Below are positions 43,985-51,209 of a DNA stretch of 64,000 bases, one piece after another. The position numbers and the translations under genes were made by a program. Below the pieces are notes generated by a model. It saw only the letters and a program-made list of their open reading frames with translations, had not been told where the DNA came from and ran no database searches. The stretch is from the NCBI GenBank assembly GCA_015222205.1, contig JADFUW010000002.1, positions 1,303-65,302 of the forward strand, read 5' to 3'. The stretch is from Chloroflexota bacterium (GTDB lineage: Bacteria; Chloroflexota; Dehalococcoidia; Dehalococcoidales; UBA5760). The number at the start of each line of letters is the position of its first letter. Position 1 is the first letter of the stretch.

Positions 43985-44821
43985 TTAAACTTCAGCCTGT
44001 TTCGTCTGCTTAGGGGGATGCTTAGCCTCAGCAGTTACCTCACTGAGAGCAAGTTCTACAGTTGCCCCACTCTCTAGTTCAGCCAGTACCGTTTTCTTGA
44101 GTAGGTTATTCCCAACCACAGTAGCTCTGCCCATGGGGGTCAATACCTGCTGGCCCTTTTTGGGTAATTCATCTCGCATAGCATGATAGAGCTCACACTC
44201 ATAACCTAAACAGCACATTAAACGCCCACAAACACCCGATATTTTCATAGGATTAAGAGGCAGGTTCTGTTCCTTGGCCATTCTAATAGAAACCGGGGCA
44301 AACTCAGTTAAAAAACTCCCGCAACATAGCGGACGTCCACATCGGCCGAAGCCACCTACCAGCTTAGTCTCATCTCTAGGCCCTACCTGTCGTAATTCCA
44401 CCCGTACTTTAAGGTAATTAGTTAACTCCCGCACTAGCTCACGGAAATCAATCCTCTCGGCAGCACTGAAGAAGAAAGTAAGACGGCTCCCATCAAGGTT
44501 GTATTCAGCTGATAGTAGCTTCATCGGTAAGTGTAGCCGCTCAACCTGCTTGCTGCATTCAGCTAGGGCCTCTATGCTTTTTTGCTCCAGCTCCTGTTCC
44601 TGTTTGATATCATCGGGTTCTGCCTTGCGTATTATTGGCTTGAGTTGTTCACCCAACTCACTATCTACTACCTGCTTGGGGGCAATGACCACGTATCCCA
44701 GCTCCGGGCCGCGGGTCGTCCTGACTACTACCCGGTCATTTACCTCCAGTTCAATACCGGTCGGGTCGAAGTAGTACACCTTCCCGGTTCTCTTGAAGCG
44801 TATGCCAACTATATCAGCCAT
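43985..44821 (-). CDS. PSP1 domain protein (YaaT/RicT-like)
   Basis: 278 aa. RFKRTGKVYYFD and the C-terminal Cys-rich GRCGRPLCCGSFL...CGRLMCCL are typical of PSP1/YaaT. Downstream of holB as in Firmicutes. Confidence 0.88.
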   Translation of the reverse strand: MADIVGIRFKRTGKVYYFDPTGIELEVNDRVVVRTTRGPELGYVVIAPKQVVDSELGEQLKPIIRKAEPDDIKQEQELEQKSIEALAECSKQVERLHLPMKLLSAEYNLDGSRLTFFFSAAERIDFRELVRELTNYLKVRVELRQVGPRDETKLVGGFGRCGRPLCCGSFLTEFAPVSIRMAKEQNLPLNPMKISGVCGRLMCCLGYECELYHAMRDELPKKGQQVLTPMGRATVVGNNLLKKTVLAELESGATVELALSEVTAEAKHPPKQTKQAEV

Positions 44822-44824
44822 CCT

Positions 44825-45841
44825 TTACTCTCCTCTTCCAGGTATACTAAGCATTAATACCTCAAATACTAGCTGTGGATTGGCGTTCTGCCTGAGCTGT
44901 TCCCCAGCCGCTTGAATACTACTAATAAAGCCCTTTATTTGCGATAGACTGTAATTCCTGGCTTGCTCGACAAGTATAGCTGAAATATCGGTGTTAGCAA
45001 TAGCATCAATACAGCCTATCTTAACTAACAGGAGGTCGCGCCACCAGTCAAGCCAAAAATCCAGAGTCTCCTGGACTAACCCCCTGTTTTGGCTGAATTG
45101 GGTTGCCAACTGGGTGGCATAGCCAATACATTCCTCGCAATCAGTATTGATAATGTGAAGTAGTCTCTCTGTCTTTTCCGTTCGTTGCTGAAGCCAGCCA
45201 TCATCTTGGAAGGCTGATAGCGCCCAACCCAGGCGGCCGTGGGAAAGTCTAGCTAAAAGCTTGGCTTTTTGGGACTCAACGGCCCAGCGATTATTAAGGG
45301 CAGTCTCTACCTCTCTGGCTGTTAGTGGGGGTAACTCTAGACGCTGGCAGCGAGAAATAATAGTAGCTGGCAGCGACCTCTCACTAGTGGTTAGCAGGAG
45401 AAAGATTACCTTCCCTGTCGGCTCTTCCAGGGTTTTAAGCAAGCAGTTGGCCGCTTCGTTTGACATTAGCTCTGCCCCGTCAATAATAAATATCTTGTAC
45501 TTGCCTTCAAATGGTGGCAAGCTGGCTGAGTGTTGCATTTGTCTGACCTGGTCAATGCTGATTTCTATCTGAGGCTTGGTCTCAACTGAATCTCCGTTTC
45601 TAATCACACCTATAATCTGGACATCAGCGTGCTTACCTGAAGCTATTCTCTGGCAGGAGACACATTCTCCACAGGGAGGCTCAGCTGCCTCACAGTTTAG
45701 CGCCTTGGCTAAATCCAGAGCCAGGGTCATTTTGCCCACCTGGGGTGGGCCAACCAGAAGATAAGCGTGAGCCACCGCCTCCCTCTCCAGGCTACGCTGG
45801 AGTAAAGAGATAGCCCTGGTCTGACCAACTACCTGCCACAC
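44825..45841 (-). CDS. holB: DNA polymerase III subunit delta'
   Basis: 338 aa. HAYLLVGPPQVGK, the zinc module C..C..C and SRCQRLEL are clamp-loader delta' motifs. Confidence 0.9.
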   Translation of the reverse strand: MWQVVGQTRAISLLQRSLEREAVAHAYLLVGPPQVGKMTLALDLAKALNCEAAEPPCGECVSCQRIASGKHADVQIIGVIRNGDSVETKPQIEISIDQVRQMQHSASLPPFEGKYKIFIIDGAELMSNEAANCLLKTLEEPTGKVIFLLLTTSERSLPATIISRCQRLELPPLTAREVETALNNRWAVESQKAKLLARLSHGRLGWALSAFQDDGWLQQRTEKTERLLHIINTDCEECIGYATQLATQFSQNRGLVQETLDFWLDWWRDLLLVKIGCIDAIANTDISAILVEQARNYSLSQIKGFISSIQAAGEQLRQNANPQLVFEVLMLSIPGRGE

Positions 45842-45861
45842 CCTAAATCTCCTCTTGCTCT

Positions 45862-47169
45862 CTAAACTAAGTCACAACTGGTCAGGTCGGCGAGGTTTTC
45901 CCGCCGACGAATAAGGCGTGCTTTGCCCTCCTTGACTAGAACAACTGCCGGTTTAAACGAGGCATTATAGTTACTAGCCATCGGTAGGCAGTACGCACCG
46001 CAGGTGGGTAAAGCGATGATATCGCCAGCTGAAACTGAGGGCAGGGTAATATCCTTAATCAATATATCACCCGACTCACAAAACTTACCGGCAATAGTAA
46101 CCTCTCTGGCTTCTGTCTCCCTCATCTTGTTAGCCACCACTGCCTCATATTTAGCCCCGTAAAGGGCGGGGCGGATATTGTCACCCATGCCGCCATCTAC
46201 CGAGACGTAGCGTCTGATGCCAGGTATGTCTTTGATGGCGCCTACTTCATATAGTGCCACTCCAGCCTGCCCTATAATAGCTCTGCCTGGTTCAACAACA
46301 AGCCCAGGTAGTGCTAGACCTAGCTTCTGGCAGTTACTGACAACCTTTGTGGCTATCGCTTGAGCATAGACGGAGACGGGTGATACCGGTCTGTCCTGAG
46401 TATACTGAATAGCAAATCCGCCACCAATATTTAGCTCTCTGGGTTCCAGCCTGTACCTTGACTTCATGTCATTGGCAAAATTAAGGACAATCTCAATAGC
46501 TTGCAAGTATGGCTCAACCTCAAAGATAAGGGAGCCAATGTGAAAATGCAGGCCGACAAGGTTAAGGTTAGGCGATGACATGGCTTGAGCTACCGCCTCT
46601 GCGGCGCCTGACAGGAAGAAACCGAACTTACTATCGGTAACGCCGGTGGCAATATATTTATGGGTATGAGGGTCAACCCCGGGGGATAAACGCAACAGTA
46701 TGTCGGGTTTAGCCCCTTGCTTCTTGGCTATTTCATCAAGCATTCTAAGCTCGTGGAAGTTGTCTACTACTATGCGGCCGATATGCCACTTTAAGGCTAG
46801 TTGTAGTTCCTCGGCTGATTTATTATTGCCATGAAAGTAGACCTTATCCAAAGGGAAGTGAGCTGATTGGGCAATACTCATCTCTCCAGCCGAGACCACA
46901 TCTAACCCTAGCCCCTCCTCTTTAAAGATAGTAGCCAGAGTTCTACTGATGAAGGCTTTGCAGGCATAGACAACTTTAGTATCAGTATAGCACCGGCTAA
47001 ATTCGTCTCTGAACTCAGCGCACTTGTGGCGCAGGCTAAGCTCATCAAAGATATATAGCGGCGTGCCAAATTCAGCCGCCAGCTCTATGCTGTCACAGCC
47101 GCCGATTACGAGGTGTCCAGCATCGTTTGCCTTAGTAGTTAATGGGAATAAAGAAAGCTTGCTCATCAT
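45862..47169 (-). CDS. lysA: diaminopimelate decarboxylase
   Basis: 435 aa. YACKAF (PLP-Lys region), HFHIGS, GGGF and CESGD are Orn/DAP/Arg decarboxylase group IV motifs with a LysA-like pattern. Confidence 0.94.
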   Translation of the reverse strand: MMSKLSLFPLTTKANDAGHLVIGGCDSIELAAEFGTPLYIFDELSLRHKCAEFRDEFSRCYTDTKVVYACKAFISRTLATIFKEEGLGLDVVSAGEMSIAQSAHFPLDKVYFHGNNKSAEELQLALKWHIGRIVVDNFHELRMLDEIAKKQGAKPDILLRLSPGVDPHTHKYIATGVTDSKFGFFLSGAAEAVAQAMSSPNLNLVGLHFHIGSLIFEVEPYLQAIEIVLNFANDMKSRYRLEPRELNIGGGFAIQYTQDRPVSPVSVYAQAIATKVVSNCQKLGLALPGLVVEPGRAIIGQAGVALYEVGAIKDIPGIRRYVSVDGGMGDNIRPALYGAKYEAVVANKMRETEAREVTIAGKFCESGDILIKDITLPSVSAGDIIALPTCGAYCLPMASNYNASFKPAVVLVKEGKARLIRRRENLADLTSCDLV

Positions 47170-47481
47170 TTCCCTTAAATGTTACCAGTGCCCTGAAGCG
47201 AAGTCAATCTATTGTCTTTGTTCATTCTACGGGCTGAGGGCAACAGACTGGTATTTTATTATATCTTCTAAGTAGTCTGCTGTGGAGCCGGCGGTAACTT
47301 TTCTTGCTTATCCTCATTGACGAGGTAGTAATCTATAGCTTATTATCACAGAGGCTTATTCGGCAACATGAGGCTAGATTGGGAGGCAGTAAGATATAGT
47401 TTTACTCTATAAGCTGAGCTCTAAGAACCTAAATATGAACCAGGTTGCATGGTGTTTACGGTCTAATTATGGGGGAGACAG

Positions 47482-49176
47482 ATGAAATGCTATAGAGTTT
47501 TCTGCGGGGTGGCGTTGGGTATTATCTTTGCCTTGTTAATGGCGGTATTTCCGACTATACCCGTCCACGCTGAGGGTGAACTTATTACCCTCTACCCTGC
47601 TGAGGGGGAAATTGGTGAGAAGATTGATATTGAGGGTGGGGGCTTTGGTGAAGGTAGCTATGTTTATATCTACTTCTCCGGCGATGCTGCCAATGAAGGC
47701 GATGACATTGATGGGGAGGTTACCCACTATAAGCTGTTGGAAAGAAATATTAGGGTTAGTGAAGAAACTTCATTGCATCCGGGTGAATTTAATACCTATT
47801 TCAAAGTGCCAGAGGAGCTTGATGACGGTGAAAGTAGGGAAGATGTGCATTGTGGCGACTATTATGTTTACGCTACTTATCGTACCAGTAAGGATATAAT
47901 TGCAGTGGCTAGATTTGCTGTAATTGGCTGTAAAATTGAGTTAGCCCCTGAGGAAGGCACAGTGGGTACTGAGGTTAAGGTTAGCGGTGAGGGTCTGTGT
48001 AGTAATAAAGAAATTACCGCTAGATATGATGATAGTGAGGTTGACATAATAAGTGGTGATACGAGGAGCGACGAAGAAGGTCAATTTGTATGTACTATTA
48101 TTGTACCAGAGAGTACTGTTGGTAACCATATTATAGCCGTTGTTGATGAATCGGGTAGTAAGCCTGAGACCGGGTTTTGTGTAAAGCCAGCAATAACTGT
48201 AAATCCTTCGTTACAGGCTGTAGATGGGATAGTAAATATTAGAGGCACCGGGTTTGAGGGGAGGGAACGTATCACCATCGTTCTTGATGGTGGTGAGATT
48301 TTCACTACCCCGGTAACCCTGTATACATCCCTACATACATCCCTACATACTAACTACTATGGTAGCTTTAATGGAAGTTTCATCGTGCCTCCCTATCCCG
48401 CCTATGTAGGTGGCGGCACCGGGAAGGTAAAGGCCTACGATGATAGCTTTAATGTGGCTGAGTCAGAACTAACTGTTGTGGCTATTCCAGCCAGCATCAG
48501 CCTGTGCCCGACTACTAGTCTTGCCTCACCTGGCCATGCTGGCATGGAGCTTACCGTTGATGGTACCTGGTTTATAGCCGACACGACGGTTACTATTACC
48601 TATACTAGTGGTGATATCCTCACTGTGGCTACAGCCAGGACTAGTGAAAGCGGGGATTTCTCAGTGACCTTTACGGTACCACCCAGCGCTGTGGGAGGCC
48701 ATGCCGTAACTGCTACCGATGGTACCAACAGGGTAACAACCATCTTTACTATGGAATCAGAAACACCACCAATGCCAGTGCCACGGCTACCAGAGGTTAC
48801 CGCTACGGTAGAAGGGGAGACATATTTTGATTGGGAGGATGTTACTGACCCCAGTGACATAACCTATGTTTTGCAGATTGGGGCTGATAGCGATTTTGCC
48901 GTTATAGTGTTGGAGAAGGAGGGGCTGGCTGCCTCAGAATATACCCTTACTGAAGAAGAGAAGCTAGAATCAAGTGAGAAGGAGATGCCTTACTACTGGA
49001 GGGTAAAGGCGATAGATGGTGCCTTCAATGAAAGTGGATGGACAGCCCCTAGCGCATTTTATGTTGGCACTTCCTGGGTATCAATTCCTACCTGGATTAG
49101 ATATATATGGATAGGGCTCGGTATATCGTTGGCTGCTATCCTTATCTTCCGGATGCGGAGAAGGGTCAGCGAGTAG
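47482..49176 (+). CDS. secreted, C-terminally membrane-anchored surface protein with repeated IPT/TIG-like Ig-fold modules and a C-terminal FN3-like module
   Basis: 564 aa. Signal peptide (...PVHA-EG). At least four repeats of the pattern P.EG.(I/V)G..(I/V).(I/V).G.GF......D..G.F...F.VP....G.H. C-terminal TM helice WIGLGISLAAILIF followed by RMRRR. Confidence 0.7.
   Translation: MKCYRVFCGVALGIIFALLMAVFPTIPVHAEGELITLYPAEGEIGEKIDIEGGGFGEGSYVYIYFSGDAANEGDDIDGEVTHYKLLERNIRVSEETSLHPGEFNTYFKVPEELDDGESREDVHCGDYYVYATYRTSKDIIAVARFAVIGCKIELAPEEGTVGTEVKVSGEGLCSNKEITARYDDSEVDIISGDTRSDEEGQFVCTIIVPESTVGNHIIAVVDESGSKPETGFCVKPAITVNPSLQAVDGIVNIRGTGFEGRERITIVLDGGEIFTTPVTLYTSLHTSLHTNYYGSFNGSFIVPPYPAYVGGGTGKVKAYDDSFNVAESELTVVAIPASISLCPTTSLASPGHAGMELTVDGTWFIADTTVTITYTSGDILTVATARTSESGDFSVTFTVPPSAVGGHAVTATDGTNRVTTIFTMESETPPMPVPRLPEVTATVEGETYFDWEDVTDPSDITYVLQIGADSDFAVIVLEKEGLAASEYTLTEEEKLESSEKEMPYYWRVKAIDGAFNESGWTAPSAFYVGTSWVSIPTWIRYIWIGLGISLAAILIFRMRRRVSE
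48323..48350 (+). repeat. in-frame 12-bp tandem repeat (ATACATCCCTAC x2.3) inside the surface-protein gene
   Basis: Read directly. Encodes the duplicated TSLH-TSLH. Confidence 0.9.
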
Positions 49177-49252
49177 TTAAAATATGTTAGCTTAAAGAGG
49201 CGTAGTAGATTTAACCAGGGCAATAAAGACTAGTCTTTAATATTTAATATGG

Positions 49253-49768
49253 CTATTCTGGTTTTAGCCTAATCTGGATTTTCTTGCCCTTCTTAACCAC
49301 CTGCTCTACAGGCGGCATTTCCCTTAAGATGTCTATTAAGGGGATGGATTTTTCCGCTGAGATAATAATCTCGCTACCTTCAGCTACTGAGCCACCAATC
49401 AATACTAGGCGTAGGTCTTGAACTTGGTGCAAGCACTCTTCTAACTTCCTAACCTGACCTAAATCTATCGGCGATACTATCGTTAGTTTTACTATTCCCC
49501 TATGAGGTTCAGCATTTACTGCTTCTTTAGCTCCTCTCTTGGCTGTCTCTTTGGCTGTCTGCTCAGCCTTCTTTTTAGCCTTTGCCTCAGCTTCTTTGGC
49601 TTTCTTAGCTTCTTCAGCTTCCCTCATTGCTCTCTCCTTGGCTTCTTGCTCGACCTTCTTTTTTGCCTTTGCTTTCCCGGTTGAGTCACCTCTCATTATA
49701 ATAGGGTAACCGCACCATCGGCAAAAGTCGCCATCAGTTCTTTGACCACAGCTAGGACATTTTGGCAT
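49253..49768 (-). CDS. hypothetical zinc-ribbon protein with K/A/E-rich low-complexity linker and conserved-looking C-terminal domain
   Basis: 171 aa. N-terminal CPSCG..(9)..CRWCG, then ~60 aa of K/A/E repeats, then an 80-aa alpha/beta-looking domain. No family recognised. Confidence 0.55.
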   Translation of the reverse strand: MPKCPSCGQRTDGDFCRWCGYPIIMRGDSTGKAKAKKKVEQEAKERAMREAEEAKKAKEAEAKAKKKAEQTAKETAKRGAKEAVNAEPHRGIVKLTIVSPIDLGQVRKLEECLHQVQDLRLVLIGGSVAEGSEIIISAEKSIPLIDILREMPPVEQVVKKGKKIQIRLKPE

Positions 49769-50134
49769 TCTACGCCCAGCTTAGTGTTAAATCTAAATTG
49801 CACTTATCACAGTATCATTAAACCAACGCCTCGGGAGCAGCCGGGCTATTCTTGAGTGCTTGTTAGTATAATCACAGTTAAAAGTGCCTGTCAATCACTG
49901 CTGTAGGGGTTCGTTCCTCCCTATTTCTCATCCTGAGATGGTTTCTCAGTTACCTATCTTCTCCTCGTCCTATTATTTGATTATTGTGGGATTATCTGCT
50001 ACCCTAGCCACCCTCCTACTATTAGGGGGTTGTTTATTATACTAATTGGTCCATTTGGGTGATTGCCTTGGGAATTAAGATAAGGTAGCATAGGGAGAGG
50101 TAAGTTTAAGGTAGTTTATGAGAGGAAGGAGAAT

Positions 50135-50371
50135 ATGGGGAATCACGAAGGGATTAACCCTATGCTGACAATAGGCGATGTTGCCCGCCTTCTTAATGTG
50201 CATATCAACACGGTAAGGCGATGGAGTAATCAGGGGATACTAAAGACATACCGTATCGGCTCTCGGGGTGATCGAAGATTTGAACGGGAGGATATTGCTA
50301 GCTTTCTTTTGCAACAGAGGTCAAAGATGGCAGAGGCAGGTGTGGAAAGAAAACCCCTCTCATCAAGCTAA
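50135..50371 (+). CDS. helix-turn-helix DNA-binding protein (excisionase/MerR-type HTH_17-like)
   Basis: 78 aa. LTIGDVARLLNVHINTVRRWSNQGILKTYRIGSRGDRRFEREDI is the excisionase-family HTH pattern. Strong SD GGAAGGAG. Confidence 0.8.
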   Translation: MGNHEGINPMLTIGDVARLLNVHINTVRRWSNQGILKTYRIGSRGDRRFEREDIASFLLQQRSKMAEAGVERKPLSSS

Positions 50372-50443
50372 GCCCGGGAGGATGAGATAACATATTAGAA
50401 GTCTGCCGGATATAAATATAGTACTTAAATGAGGAGCAGTTGG

Positions 50444-51139
50444 ATGAATAAAATCGTGGTGATGGTAATTGATGAGGAGTCATTTTTCAGGGTTGGTGTG
50501 CGCCAGGCACTATCTCAACAATCTGACTTCAGCATTTTAGATTGTGACCCGGCTCAGGACCCATTAGAAATGATTGAAGCCCACCTCCCCAATGTTGTGC
50601 TATTAGGTTCTAACCTTGCTGCCCACGACGGCCTTGAACTGGGTAGAAGAATTGCCCGATATTACCCAAATACTAAAGTAATAATGCTGAGTCCCAACCC
50701 TGGTGACGAAGAGCTTTTTGAGGTTATTAAGACGGCAGCCGTGGCTTGCTTAAGTAGGAACATCGCTACGGAAGAGCTGGTTAGCACGATAAGACGGGCG
50801 TACCGAGGTGAATACCCCATTAATGATAGCCTTATAACTAGACCTAAGGTTGCCCAGCGGGTGTTAAATCAGTTTCAAGAAATGTCGTCAATGGGGAAGG
50901 CCATAGAGACTATAGTCGCCCCTCTCACCCGTCGGGAAACACAGATTCTGAACTATGTTGCCGAGGGCAACACCAATAAACAGATTGCCCATACCCTGGG
51001 GATTAGTGAGCAGACGATTAAGAGTCATATCAGCGCTATCCTGCGCAAGCTGAATGCTAATGATAGGGCCCATGCTGTTGCCCTAGCTATACGTAATGGC
51101 TGGATTTCAGTGGAGGGGATATCAGGAGAGGCATACTAG
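50444..51139 (+). CDS. LuxR/NarL-family response-regulator-like transcription factor with degenerate receiver domain
   Basis: C-terminal LuxR HTH (LTRRETQILNYVAEGNTNKQIAHTLGISEQTIKSHISAILRKL). The N-terminal receiver fold lacks the phospho-acceptor Asp: VVLLGSNL appears where VVLMDLxMP is expected. Confidence 0.85.
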   Translation: MNKIVVMVIDEESFFRVGVRQALSQQSDFSILDCDPAQDPLEMIEAHLPNVVLLGSNLAAHDGLELGRRIARYYPNTKVIMLSPNPGDEELFEVIKTAAVACLSRNIATEELVSTIRRAYRGEYPINDSLITRPKVAQRVLNQFQEMSSMGKAIETIVAPLTRRETQILNYVAEGNTNKQIAHTLGISEQTIKSHISAILRKLNANDRAHAVALAIRNGWISVEGISGEAY

Positions 51140-51209
51140 ATTTAATGAAATTTAGACGCTGGTTTTATAGATATTTAATCCCAGCGGTTTAAAATTAAGG
51201 ATAGGTAAG

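Noticed and set aside
47170-47300. Lysine riboswitch in the lysA leader
   Set aside because: The leader is only ~95 nt and shows one long-range stem (CCAG..TGCCCT / AGGGCA..CTGG). It lacks the size and conserved cores I recall for the L-box, so it is not called.
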